DNA of 62,193 nt, counting the filler, from Nitrospinota bacterium (GTDB lineage Bacteria; JAUXIQ01), in assembly GCA_030620925.1 (NCBI GenBank). It is 11 parts of 11 records of this genome, joined end to end, with 100 filler letters (N's around TTAATTAATTAA, not from the genome) between each part and the next. Parts side by side here need not be neighbours in the genome. Positions count along the whole stretch, not along the records: positions 29,703 to 42,295 come from JAUXIQ010000018.1; 10 more parts are not named here. The stretch is one strand, 5' to 3'. Position 1 is the first letter of the stretch. Each line of letters opens with the position of its first letter. Both the position numbers and the translations under genes were made by a program. Of the stretch, positions 31,294 to 41,133 are shown in pieces. Below the pieces are notes generated by a model, which worked only from the letters and a program-made list of their open reading frames with translations, had not been told where the DNA came from and searched no databases.

Positions 31294-32622
31294 TCAATGG
31301 GAGGTTTTAGCTTTGCCTCTGGAGTTCATGTTTTCTTTTGCGACGACCAACTGCCTGGATATCTTTTGGCGGAGGGCTTCGAAAGCTTTGAGTTGCTCTC
31401 TGGATATGCTCTTGCTGGGGGATGTTTTCATCTTAAGGGGATCGATATAAGCGCCGTTTTTGCGTATCCGGTAATCGAGGTGCGACCCGGTGGCGGTTCC
31501 CGTGGAGCCTACATAACCGATAACCCGCCCCTGCTTAACCCAGGCGCCTTTCTTAACGCCTTTGCCGAGGCGGGAGAGGTGGCCGTAGCTGGAGGTATAA
31601 ACCCCGTTGTGTTTCAACTTCACGAATATTCCGTTCCGTCCCTTCCTGCCCGCCCAGAGAACCTTCCCGTCCCCCACGGCAACCACCGGAGTACCCCTCG
31701 GCGCTACGTAGTCTACCCCCTGGTGAGGCAGATACTTCTTCAGCACGGGGTGCAGCCTCTTCTTTGTGTAACCGGAAGAGATGTAAGAATAGCTCAGCGG
31801 CGCCTTGAGAAACTGTTTTCTCAAGGATTTGCCGCTGTAAGTGTAATAGTCCCCCCGGCCTGACGCCTCGTTGAAATATATTGCCTGGAACAGCCTGCCT
31901 TGGTTCGTAAACTCCGCGGCCAGGATGCGGCCGTCGCGCACGTACTCACCGTCCCTGAACATCTTCTCCGCTATCAGGCTGAAGCTGTCTCCTTTTCTTA
32001 AATCGGTATTGAAATCTATGTCCCAGGCGAATATCTCCGCCAGTTGAACGACCAGTGAGGGGCTTTCCCCTCCGTCGACTATCGCTTCATAAAGATTAGT
32101 ATTTATCCTGCCGGAGAAGGCCGCCCTTCTCGTCTGGTAATCTATCTTATCCAGCTTGGCCCTGAATATCCCCTCCGCTTTCACCAGGCGAATCAGTTTT
32201 TGATCATCTATCTCATATTCGATTGATAAAAGCTCGCCCGCATCGCTGAAGGCCAGCCGGTAGGCGTTACCCGCCTTGATCTTATTCAGATTAAACAGGG
32301 GTCTTGCAGCCCTAACCACCTCGTTTATCGCTCGAGGGGAGACGCTATGGGCGGTGAGGATATCGTATAAAGTGTTCTGCATGCCCACCCTGCCGGTGAG
32401 CGTGCGCGGCTTTTTTACCAGGGTTCTTGTCGAATTTCCGGGCCCGGATGTCCCAGCAGTCGATTCCGATCCTGCGGCCATCGCCTTTGTTTCGCGGTAT
32501 GAGCCGCTTCCGCTGTAACCGAACGTTATGAACAGGACGAAGAAAAAGGAGGCGACTATAAGCGTCCACAGGTTGATGTGCAGTGATGACTTACGCTGGC
32601 GATCCATATCTATTTTTCTCAT
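31294..32622 (-). CDS. M23 family peptidoglycan DD-endopeptidase (MepM/Csd3-like)
   Basis: N-terminal TM, IFAWDIDF..DLRKGD, RLHPV, H.GVDY, YGHLS and TGSHLDY. Confidence 0.93.
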   Translation of the reverse strand: MRKIDMDRQRKSSLHINLWTLIVASFFFVLFITFGYSGSGSYRETKAMAAGSESTAGTSGPGNSTRTLVKKPRTLTGRVGMQNTLYDILTAHSVSPRAINEVVRAARPLFNLNKIKAGNAYRLAFSDAGELLSIEYEIDDQKLIRLVKAEGIFRAKLDKIDYQTRRAAFSGRINTNLYEAIVDGGESPSLVVQLAEIFAWDIDFNTDLRKGDSFSLIAEKMFRDGEYVRDGRILAAEFTNQGRLFQAIYFNEASGRGDYYTYSGKSLRKQFLKAPLSYSYISSGYTKKRLHPVLKKYLPHQGVDYVAPRGTPVVAVGDGKVLWAGRKGRNGIFVKLKHNGVYTSSYGHLSRLGKGVKKGAWVKQGRVIGYVGSTGTATGSHLDYRIRKNGAYIDPLKMKTSPSKSISREQLKAFEALRQKISRQLVVAKENMNSRGKAKTSH

Positions 32623-32859
32623 GATAACAGGACCTCATAACCGGTTGAAACAGGGTGCTGTTCGGAGTCAAGATTTTCTTTAAGAAGCCGACACACTTTA
32701 ATTTAAGCTTACTTAAAATAGTTAGGTTAGCACAGTTTAGAAATTCGGGTCAAGTAGTTTTATTAGCAAGGGCTTTGTTTCGTTTTTTATTCGAATTTAA
32801 AAAACGGCATTTTCCGCTTCGAAAAAAATAGTATTAAAATCTCATTTTTTTGTTGCGTG

Positions 32860-32905
32860 ATACTACAAGTTGTGATATAAAATTAATAACATACTAAATA
32901 TATGG
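32860..32905. promoter_or_regulatory. Tandem NrdR boxes
   Basis: ATACTACAAGTTGTG (32860-32874) and ATACTAAATATATGG (32891-32905) resemble acaCwAtATaTwGtg. They are 31 bp apart and lie upstream of nrdJ. Confidence 0.72.
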
Positions 32906-32907
32906 TT

Positions 32908-32926
32908 TTTTCCACAGTGTGGATAA
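32908..32926. promoter_or_regulatory. Inverted pair of DnaA boxes upstream of nrdJ
   Basis: TTTTCCACA (32908-32916) and TGTGGATAA (32918-32926), the latter a perfect TTATCCACA on the minus strand. Confidence 0.75.
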
Positions 32927-32994
32927 CTACTGTAATTTATTGAAAAATAACGAAATATATTTAAGTCGATTCTACTTATCCCCAGGAGCTGAAA

Positions 32995-35289
32995 ATGACG
33001 CATAATTTGCCATCCCCTCAGGAGAGAGCCGAAAGCCATTTAGCCCTATCGGGAAATTTCCCTCAGCGAGAAAAAACCCTTTCTGAAAATGCGATCAGGG
33101 TGCTCGAGCGTCGGTATCTTAAGAAGGATCAACAGGGGGTGAGGGAGGAAACTCCGGAGGGGATGTTTCGCAGGGTGGCCAGCAACGTGGCCTCGGCAGA
33201 CCTTTTTTACGACCCTGAGGCGGACGTTAAGGAGACCGAGGAGCGGTTTTACCGCCTTATATCTTCTCTCGAGTTTTTGCCCAATTCTCCCACCCTCATG
33301 AACGCGGGGAATGAGCTCCAGCAGCTTTCGGCTTGTTTTGTGCTCCCAGTTGATGATTCCATGGATAGCATTTTCGAGGCCGTCAAGAATACCGCACTCA
33401 TACATAAAAGCGGTGGGGGGACAGGCTTTTCCTTTTCCCGCATAAGGCCCAGGAACGACGTAGTCCAGTCAACCAAGGGCGTATCCAGCGGCCCCATCTC
33501 TTTTATGAAAGTGTTCGATATGGCCACCGAGACGGTTAAGCAGGGCGGGACACGCCGCGGTGCGAATATGGGCTTGCTCAGAGTGGACCATCCGGATATT
33601 ACCGATTTCATCTTAGCTAAAGAGAATGACCACGTCTTTAACAACTTCAATCTATCCGTGGCCATCACCGAAAAATTCATGGAGGCGGTTCTGCGTGGAG
33701 AGGAATACGACCTGGTCAATCCGCGCTCGGGGCAGGTAGCAGGGCGTAAGATGGCCCGGGAGGTTTTCGACCTTATAGTCAATATGGCCTGGAAGAACGG
33801 GGACCCGGGCATCATCTTTCTCGACCGGATAAACCGTGATAACCCCACGCCTGATCTGGGAATGATAGAGAGCACAAACCCCTGTGGTGAACAGCCCCTG
33901 TTACCCTACGAATCCTGCAATCTGGGTTCCATCGACCTGGGGAAAATGGTCGTCCGGCAAAATGGCAACCCTTCAGCAGACTTCGATGCGCTGAAGACCG
34001 TGGTCTGGACTTCCGTTCATTTCCTGGACAACGTAATAGACGTTAATCGTTATCCTCTCTCCGAAATAGAGGAAATCACCAGGAGAAACAGGAAGATCGG
34101 CCTGGGGGTCATGGGTTTCGCCGATATGCTGATTCAGCTCGGTATCTCTTACGACAGCGAAGAGGCCCTGGAGACCGCCGAAAAAGTCATGGGTTTTATC
34201 AACAGGGAATCGAGGGCGGCTTCGGCCCGGCTGGCGGAGACCAGGGGAGCCTTTCCGAATTATCATACGAGCGTTTACAACGCGAACGGTAGCCAGCCGC
34301 TGCGCAACGCCACCACCACCACCATCGCCCCCACCGGCACCCTGAGTATCATCGCTGACTGTTGCAGCGGCGTCGAGCCCCTGTTTGCCCTCAGCTTCGT
34401 CCGGAAGGTAATGGACGATGATGAGCTGCTGGAGGTCAACCCTTATTTCGAGCACACGGCCAGAGAAGAAGGGTTTTACAGCAGGGACCTCATGGAGCGC
34501 ATCTCGGAAAAGGGGAGCATCCAGGAGATACCCGACATACCCCAGCACGTCAAGCGCCTTTTCGTAACCAGTCATGACATAACTCCGGAATGGCACATAC
34601 GAATGCAGGCCGCTTTCCAGAAACATACGGACAATGCGGTTTCCAAGACCATCAACTTCCCCAATCAGGCCACGACCGACGACATCCGCAACGCCTTCAT
34701 CATGGCCTACCGAGAAAGCTGCAAAGGGCTCACAATCTACCGCGACGGCAGCCGCGAGGTGCAGGTCCTCAACAAGGGGACCGGGTCTCCCGCACCGGAG
34801 AAGACTAAGCTGGTGCCCCGCCCCAGGCCTTCGGTTACCCTGGGCAGGACGGAGCGGAAGTCTACAGGTTGCGGCAACCTGTACGTCACCATAAATGAAG
34901 ACGAACAGGGCCTGTTTGAAGTATTCGCCCGCATGGGTAAGTCAGGGGGCTGCATCGCTTCCCATTCGGAAGCCATCGGGCGACTGGTTTCCCTGGCTCT
35001 CAGGGCGGGAGTGGACACCGAGTCCATCACCCAGCAATTGACAGGTATCCGGTGCCCGTCACCTATTTTCGATAAAGACGGCTCTATCCTATCCTGCCCT
35101 GATGCCATTGGTCTGGCCCTGAAAAACTATTTGTCAGGCCAGAATGGGGAGAAGACGTCGAAGATCATGGTCCCTGGTAAAACAAAACTGGCGGACCTTT
35201 GTCCGGAGTGCCCGGAATGCGGCGGCATGATAGAGCTGGCTGACGGCTGTATCGTGTGCCGTTCCTGCGGTTACTCCAAGTGTGGCTAA
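32995..35289 (+). CDS. nrdJ: Adenosylcobalamin-dependent (class II) ribonucleotide reductase with C-terminal TSCPD domain and Zn ribbon
   Basis: PNSPTLMNAG, LSACFVL, QGGTRRGANM, TNPCGEQ, APTGT, KGLTIYRDGSR, TGCG..Y, SCPD and CPECG...C..CGYSKC. Confidence 0.97.
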   Translation: MTHNLPSPQERAESHLALSGNFPQREKTLSENAIRVLERRYLKKDQQGVREETPEGMFRRVASNVASADLFYDPEADVKETEERFYRLISSLEFLPNSPTLMNAGNELQQLSACFVLPVDDSMDSIFEAVKNTALIHKSGGGTGFSFSRIRPRNDVVQSTKGVSSGPISFMKVFDMATETVKQGGTRRGANMGLLRVDHPDITDFILAKENDHVFNNFNLSVAITEKFMEAVLRGEEYDLVNPRSGQVAGRKMAREVFDLIVNMAWKNGDPGIIFLDRINRDNPTPDLGMIESTNPCGEQPLLPYESCNLGSIDLGKMVVRQNGNPSADFDALKTVVWTSVHFLDNVIDVNRYPLSEIEEITRRNRKIGLGVMGFADMLIQLGISYDSEEALETAEKVMGFINRESRAASARLAETRGAFPNYHTSVYNANGSQPLRNATTTTIAPTGTLSIIADCCSGVEPLFALSFVRKVMDDDELLEVNPYFEHTAREEGFYSRDLMERISEKGSIQEIPDIPQHVKRLFVTSHDITPEWHIRMQAAFQKHTDNAVSKTINFPNQATTDDIRNAFIMAYRESCKGLTIYRDGSREVQVLNKGTGSPAPEKTKLVPRPRPSVTLGRTERKSTGCGNLYVTINEDEQGLFEVFARMGKSGGCIASHSEAIGRLVSLALRAGVDTESITQQLTGIRCPSPIFDKDGSILSCPDAIGLALKNYLSGQNGEKTSKIMVPGKTKLADLCPECPECGGMIELADGCIVCRSCGYSKCG

Positions 35290-35471
35290 CCCTCACACTA
35301 CTCTCGGGGAAGCTCTCTGTGGGAGGGGAGGGCTTCCCCGCCCTCCTATTTTCCGCCTTGATACGGTCAAAACAAGTTGACACTCCGCACTACTTATACT
35401 ACTAAAGTCTCTGAAGACCCTGCTCCGTGGAGAACCATCCCCCCGTTGTTTCAAGCATAAGGAGGAGAAGA

Positions 35472-36278
35472 ATGCCTTTCGAGACTTTCCTTTATGAGAA
35501 AGAAGGCCCGGTGGCCAAAATAACCTTTAACCGCCCGGAAAAGCTGAACCCCGTCAACGAAACCGTGTTCGTGGAATTCGAAGAAATATTGCGCGACCTC
35601 CAGGGGGATTTCGAGGTCCGCGTGGTGGTCTTAACCGGCTCCGGCCACTCCTTCAGCGTGGGGGCGGATTTGGACAACTTGAGCAAGGGCACGGACCCCG
35701 GGTATTACGGCGCTCTCACCGACCGCCAGCGTAAATATATGGCGAGGCAGGGCTCCATAGTATGCCGGGCGCTGGAGGAGCTGGACCAGATAACCATAGC
35801 CGCCATTAACGGCTTCGCCGTGGGCGGGGGTATCGCTTTTGCCATTTGCTGCGATTTCCGCATCGCCGCCCAGAGCGCCACCTTCTGGATACCCGAAGTA
35901 GATTTCGGCGTCCCCCTGGTATGGAGCAGTATCCCCCGTATGATAACCCAGCTGGGGCCCCTCAAGGCCAAGGAGCTGATAATGACCTGCGACCGCTTTT
36001 CCGCCCAGGAGGCATTTGAGGCGGGCATGCTCAATCGCGTGGTCCCCGACGGAGAGCTGGATCAGGCGGTCGATGAGCTGGCAGGCAAGCTCTTGAGCAA
36101 GCCCCCCATGGCGCTTTCCAGGACCAAAGCCTCCATCAACGCCGTGCTGCAGTCCTACGGCTCCAACGTGGGATTCTGCGACCCCGACTTCGCCATCCTC
36201 TGCGCCGGCAGCGATGATGCCGGAGAGGCCGTTAGGGCCTTCAAAGAGAAAAGGGCGGGAAACTTCAAGGATCGCTGA
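35472..36278 (+). CDS. Enoyl-CoA hydratase/isomerase (crotonase) family protein
   Basis: NRPEKLN, FSVGADL, AAINGFAVGGG, CDFRIA and PE. Start at ATG 35472 after AAGGAGG. Confidence 0.92.
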   Translation: MPFETFLYEKEGPVAKITFNRPEKLNPVNETVFVEFEEILRDLQGDFEVRVVVLTGSGHSFSVGADLDNLSKGTDPGYYGALTDRQRKYMARQGSIVCRALEELDQITIAAINGFAVGGGIAFAICCDFRIAAQSATFWIPEVDFGVPLVWSSIPRMITQLGPLKAKELIMTCDRFSAQEAFEAGMLNRVVPDGELDQAVDELAGKLLSKPPMALSRTKASINAVLQSYGSNVGFCDPDFAILCAGSDDAGEAVRAFKEKRAGNFKDR

Positions 36279-36376
36279 TCGGGCGGGATAGCTGACATTC
36301 TCGATATCAGGGCGGTTCTCGGAGTTATGAGCGCCTGGTTATGCCCTGGTAATGATAATGGAGTTTCCTGGATGTT

Positions 36377-38449
36377 TCAGGCGACTTGCTGCCACGCCAG
36401 CCGAACGGTATCCAGGAGCGTCTCTTTGGAAAAGGGTTTGGCGATGTAGCAGTTGCCGCTCTCTTGGAGGAAGGTGCGGGTTTCTTCGCTGATGATGTCG
36501 CCGGTAAGGAAGATGAACCGGTCTGTGAGTTGAGGGTTTGAAGCCTTTACCTTCTCGTAGACCTGCTTTCCGTCAATCCCCGGCATTCGCAGATCGCACA
36601 TTATTAAATCATATTCTTCTTCCTGCAGTTTCCTCAGCCCTTTGGCGCCCCCCTTCGCCGCTTCCACCTGATAACCTGCATCAGTCAGGATATCAGAGAT
36701 CAGCTCGATGATAGTATCTTCATCCTCGATGATCAATAGCCTGTCGATGTTCGTTTTGGCCTGCTTTGTCGCACGAATTTCTTTAGCCGCCGGTTCAACT
36801 TCTTCTTCTATCACGGGCAGCTCAACGATGAACGTGGCCCCTTCTCCTTTCCGGCTCTTCACCTGAATGTGGCCCCCATGGGCCTGCACTATACCGTAAG
36901 TGATGCTCAGCCCCAGGCCGGTCCCGTCGGTTTGCGCTTTGGTGGTGAAGAAAGGGTCGAAGATGCGTGCTTGATTCTCTAACGGTATGCCGGGGCCGGT
37001 ATCCGTGAATTCTATAGTAACCGTGTCGCCGGAGACACCCGTCCTGGCCGTCAGTCTCCTGGGCTGTTCCTGCTCCATCATAGCCTGCTGTGCGTTGGTT
37101 AAGATGTTCAGGAAAACTTGCTGTAACTGATTTGCCTCCGCCATGACCGGGGGGAGGTCGTCGGCCAACTCTGTTTCGACCTCTATGTTGCTCATCTGCA
37201 AATCGTAGTCCAGCATCTCCAGCACCTTGAAGAAGATTTCGTGGATGTCGCAGGGGCTCTTTTCCGGAGGTTTCTCCCGGGCAAAAGAGAGAAGATTTTT
37301 TACTATTTTTGCCGCCCGCTCGCCCTGGTCCAGGATTTTCTCCACATCTCTGCGCGCATCTTTATCTTGAAGCTTTTCGAGAAGAAGCTGGGAGCGGCCT
37401 ATAACGGTGGTGAGAGGGTTGTTAAGCTCGTGGGCCACCCCGGCAATGAGCTGACCGAGCGCGGAGAGCTTCACCGATTGAAGAACCTGCCGTTGCACTT
37501 GACTGAGTTGAAGGTTCTGCCGGTCAGCCACATGCTGGAGCTTGCTGGCGGCTTCTTTGGCGTCGTGGATCAATCTCGCGTTTTCCAGAGCGAATCCCAT
37601 GTAAGTCAGCAGTGTGTTCAGGAACTTGAGGTCCGACTCGCTGAAAGACTTCCTGTCGCCCCGTTTGGACAGGTTGAGCACCCCCATGACCTGCCAGCGC
37701 GCCCTCAAGGGCATACAGATGAATGAGGAGGTTTCATATTTGGGGTCGTTGATTTTCTTGAAACGGGTGTCCTGCTCTACGTCTTCAACCAGCACGGGCT
37801 CACCCGTTTGTGCCACCTTGCCGGCGATACCTTCCCCCAGGCGAACGTTCGTTTGGTCGATTATGGAGTCCTCGAGGCCTTCGGCTGCGGCAATGGTGAG
37901 GGTCCGTCGTTGATCGTCCAGAAGCATAATGGACCCGATCTTGGCGTTCACCGCGCCCATGGCCCTGTTGAGGACGACCTGGAGGACGTCCCCTATATCC
38001 GGAATGCGGGAAACCATGTCGGTGAGCTCGCTCAGGGTGGAGAGCTTGGCGACCATATTCTCAAGTTCTTTTGTGTGGGCTTTAAGCTCCGTTAAAGCGC
38101 TGTCGTTGAAGACGGTTGGAAGGTGGGCCGTTTGGGAAATTCCGTTTTGAGTACCCTTTGATTCGGCGTCCTGGCTTGCTTTACGTTGTGCATTCTGAAG
38201 GTCTCTGGCCATGAGTCTTGTATGCCTGATGAGACGAGCGAAAAATATAAATCCGGCCCCGGCCAGTATTAGACTTATCCCCAACATTAATGCTGCTTTG
38301 TATTCTCGAAAAAGCCCGTATTCACTGAGAACTATAACAAATAACACCAGGGGAAGCGCTGATGCCAGGCCGAAAATGAGCGCATACTTATACCGAAAGT
38401 TTATATTTCCCGACGACTTTTCCTTAATCAAAACCTTTCTCCTGCGCAA
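36377..38449 (-). CDS. Hybrid sensor histidine kinase (2 TM, GAF, HisKA, HATPase, REC)
   Basis: GAF (GEGIAG.V, PL...GVL), H-box AHELNNPL, FDPFFTTK, GTGLGL and a receiver domain (IEDE, CDLRMP, KPF). The start codon is uncertain. Confidence 0.92.
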   Translation of the reverse strand: MRRRKVLIKEKSSGNINFRYKYALIFGLASALPLVLFVIVLSEYGLFREYKAALMLGISLILAGAGFIFFARLIRHTRLMARDLQNAQRKASQDAESKGTQNGISQTAHLPTVFNDSALTELKAHTKELENMVAKLSTLSELTDMVSRIPDIGDVLQVVLNRAMGAVNAKIGSIMLLDDQRRTLTIAAAEGLEDSIIDQTNVRLGEGIAGKVAQTGEPVLVEDVEQDTRFKKINDPKYETSSFICMPLRARWQVMGVLNLSKRGDRKSFSESDLKFLNTLLTYMGFALENARLIHDAKEAASKLQHVADRQNLQLSQVQRQVLQSVKLSALGQLIAGVAHELNNPLTTVIGRSQLLLEKLQDKDARRDVEKILDQGERAAKIVKNLLSFAREKPPEKSPCDIHEIFFKVLEMLDYDLQMSNIEVETELADDLPPVMAEANQLQQVFLNILTNAQQAMMEQEQPRRLTARTGVSGDTVTIEFTDTGPGIPLENQARIFDPFFTTKAQTDGTGLGLSITYGIVQAHGGHIQVKSRKGEGATFIVELPVIEEEVEPAAKEIRATKQAKTNIDRLLIIEDEDTIIELISDILTDAGYQVEAAKGGAKGLRKLQEEEYDLIMCDLRMPGIDGKQVYEKVKASNPQLTDRFIFLTGDIISEETRTFLQESGNCYIAKPFSKETLLDTVRLAWQQVA

Positions 38450-38862
38450 TAACTTTGGTTTGCTGTATGGAAATTTACTTCAGCTTTTATTCTTCTCGCC
38501 AAAAAGTCGATTTCCGCATCTATTGGAACGTTTTGCCCAGAATATCGTAATTTAATGGAGGGCGAAAGCTCCCCCATACAGCACAAGTTATATATACATT
38601 ATACTATAAATAATAAGGGTTTATATTCTGTTAAGCATGTTTAATTTTATTTCAACAATATCTATATTCGGTTAGCAGACAGAAGTGTTATTTCGACTTA
38701 AAGGCGTATCTATAGTATATATTCGCTCTTTCTGTGCAAAATCGTTAACATTGTAACGATATTTACGAAGGGAACGATATATAGAGGTTAATGGAGAGCG
38801 GCTTTATTGGGTGACAACAGGATGATAAAAAGATTTGAAGTATAGCAGATTGGAATCGACGT

Positions 38863-39414
38863 CTACTTTTTAACACGACGGAAACCGGTAACCTTCAAAG
38901 CCCATTGACGTTTACCCCACACCATCGACGTCCGGCTGTTCTTCTTGCATAATTGAACCAGACTTATTTTCTTGTGTTCGTTAAGCGGCTCGTCGCGCCG
39001 GTAGGGGTCATTGATGAACAGGTGTTCATCATCGTAGCCCACGACTACTACGTAATGGCCGCGCCTGCGGCCTGCGAAGCTGTCGATCACGTTGAGTATC
39101 ACGGGACAGTCCTTACCTACGGCATGTCTAATCTTTTGTAGCCTGGTGCTCGTGTCGCCCTCTATAAGCTCATAATTTGCGTTGAAATAATCGAGACCCA
39201 GCGGGATTTTATTGTTGGGAACCCCTCCTGTAATATTTGAGTCCATCAGTTTTCTTATCAGGTACTCGTAGTCGGTGAAGGAGACGCCGGGTTGCCCCGG
39301 TTTTCTGAAAGCATCGACTATCATGCAAATGGAAAGAGGGCCGCAGGTTCCGTGGACCCTGTTCTGGTAATAGAAGGGTACCTCGCGTCTGAGAAATACC
39401 GCTTTGTTGCCCAT
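38863..39414 (-). CDS. Stand-alone C39-like cysteine peptidase
   Basis: VPFYYQ.....TCGP.S..M (Gln/Cys), HYVVVVGYD and INDP. Start at ATG 39414 after AAGGAG. Confidence 0.8.
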   Translation of the reverse strand: MGNKAVFLRREVPFYYQNRVHGTCGPLSICMIVDAFRKPGQPGVSFTDYEYLIRKLMDSNITGGVPNNKIPLGLDYFNANYELIEGDTSTRLQKIRHAVGKDCPVILNVIDSFAGRRRGHYVVVVGYDDEHLFINDPYRRDEPLNEHKKISLVQLCKKNSRTSMVWGKRQWALKVTGFRRVKK

Positions 39415-39456
39415 TATTCTCCTTAATAGATAATAACTGTGCCCTTGTGGCGTAAA

Positions 39457-39493
39457 CATTCAGTTTAATAGGGCATTCAGTTTAATAGGGCAT
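39457..39493. repeat. Perfect 17-bp tandem duplication (CATTCAGTTTAATAGGG x2 + CAT)
   Basis: Read directly from the sequence. It spans the stop codon of the SnoaL-like gene. Confidence 0.95.
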
Positions 39494-39961
39494 GACTTTC
39501 TCTTCCTCCGCCCATCCCCTCTCCAGGGTGGTCATGCTCAAGATGTCTATCAGAAAACGGGATATCTTCCAGCGGCCGTCTTCCTTGCGAAAATCCCATC
39601 GGTATGTCCCCCAGCCGATGATCGAATTTCCTTCACGCTCCTGAGTTACCAGCCAGTAGGAGAAAGCCTGTGCGCTCTCCCCTTTCACGCTTATTTCCTC
39701 GTTGGCGAAGTAGCGCCGGGGATTTTGAAATCGCTCCAGGTAGTGAGTGAAAGTCCTTATTATTTTATCCTTTCCGTGCTGGGGTTTTCCCCACGGCGTG
39801 GTGTGGAGCATGGCATCTGAGGTGAACAGGTCGTCCAATAGCTCAAGCCTTCCTTCATCCAGCGCCCTGGCGTACGTCACTATTGACTTTCTGATATCCT
39901 CCATGGCCTGGAGCTCCGCCACTTTTTCTTCCAGTGCCGCTACCCTCTGTTCCAGATCCAT
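39482..39961 (-). CDS. SnoaL-like / NTF2 family protein
   Basis: LEQRVAALE...EDIR....YARALD, LFT.DA and G.Y...F.KEDGRWKI. GGAGGAG RBS. Confidence 0.88.
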   Translation of the reverse strand: MDLEQRVAALEEKVAELQAMEDIRKSIVTYARALDEGRLELLDDLFTSDAMLHTTPWGKPQHGKDKIIRTFTHYLERFQNPRRYFANEEISVKGESAQAFSYWLVTQEREGNSIIGWGTYRWDFRKEDGRWKISRFLIDILSMTTLERGWAEEEKVMPY

Positions 39962-40187
39962 TCTCTACTCCTCCCTTCAAGTCGTCGTCTCGGAATAAAT
40001 ACGATTACCCTTACGGCGGTCGTGGATTATAACACAGCGGCGGGTGATCGTATGCTATCCGAAAAACTTCAGTGCCGCGTAAGAATATAGTGTCCTCTTC
40101 AGGATATTGTGTATAATATGTGCACCCATAGGGGCGTTAGTATACCCACGACGTTTCACAATCAGTTATAGCATAGGAGGATCGCAG

Positions 40188-41024
40188 ATGTTATTAGAGG
40201 GAAAAGTGGCGATAATCACCGGCTCGGGCAGGGGCGTGGGCAAGGCCATGGCGGAGCTGTTCGTCAAGGAAGGGGCCAAAGTGGTGATCAACGACGTTGA
40301 CGGCGACGTGGCCGAGGAAACCGCCGAAGCGATTAAGGCCGCCGGCGGAGAGGCGGTGCCCAGCGTGACCACCGTGGACACCATGGAAGGCGGTGAAGCG
40401 GTGGCCAAAGCCGCCATGGACGCCTTCGGGAAGATAGACTGCCTGGTGAACAATGCCGGCATCCTGAGGGATAAGTCCTTCCCCAAGATGACCGAGGACG
40501 AGTGGGACTCGGTGATGAACGTTCACGCCAAGGGGCATTTCTGCTGCAGTAAGGCGGTGATCCAGCCCATGCGCGATGCCGGAGGAGGCTCCATCATAAA
40601 CGTAACCTCTACCACCGGGCTTGCCGGCCGCTTCGGGCAGGTCAACTACGCCGCCGGAAAGGCCGCCATCCTGGGCTTCACCCGCTGCCTGGCCATCGAG
40701 ATGGCAAAATACAACATACGAGTCAACGTGGTGGCCCCCAGCGCACTTACCCGCATGACGGAATCGATCCCCGGCGCGGATTTATCGACGATGCCCGGCC
40801 CGGGGATGAACGCCGCCCTCTTTACCTGGCTGGCTTCCGATGCTACCAAGGACTTAACGGGCCAGATATTTCACTCCGGCGGAGAGGAAGTTTCGCTCTG
40901 GTCGCACCCTGAAAGGATAGTTGTCTGCTATAACAGCGGCGGTTGGACCACCGATGACCTGATCAACAAATTCCAGCCCCGCCTCGCGGGTAAAGACAGC
41001 CGCGGCTACCCGCAGGGAATCTGA
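40188..41024 (+). CDS. Short-chain dehydrogenase/reductase (3-hydroxyacyl-CoA / 3-oxoacyl reductase, MFE-2-like)
   Basis: TGSGRGVG, VVIND, NNAGILRD and YAAGK. Start at ATG 40188 after AGGAGG. Confidence 0.92.
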   Translation: MLLEGKVAIITGSGRGVGKAMAELFVKEGAKVVINDVDGDVAEETAEAIKAAGGEAVPSVTTVDTMEGGEAVAKAAMDAFGKIDCLVNNAGILRDKSFPKMTEDEWDSVMNVHAKGHFCCSKAVIQPMRDAGGGSIINVTSTTGLAGRFGQVNYAAGKAAILGFTRCLAIEMAKYNIRVNVVAPSALTRMTESIPGADLSTMPGPGMNAALFTWLASDATKDLTGQIFHSGGEEVSLWSHPERIVVCYNSGGWTTDDLINKFQPRLAGKDSRGYPQGI

Positions 41025-41054
41025 CTACGGTTCGTATGGTTTTTCCCCGGACCT

Positions 41055-41133
41055 GTTGAGGGAACCCTTTTGCGTTCTTGCAGACCCGGAGCGCACTCGC
41101 CGATGTCCGGCGTAATAAAGTGGTTCCCTCAAC
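41055..41133. repeat. Intergenic inverted repeat (12-bp perfect arms, 55-bp spacer)
   Basis: GTTGAGGGAACC (41055-41066) and GGTTCCCTCAAC (41122-41133). Confidence 0.7.
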
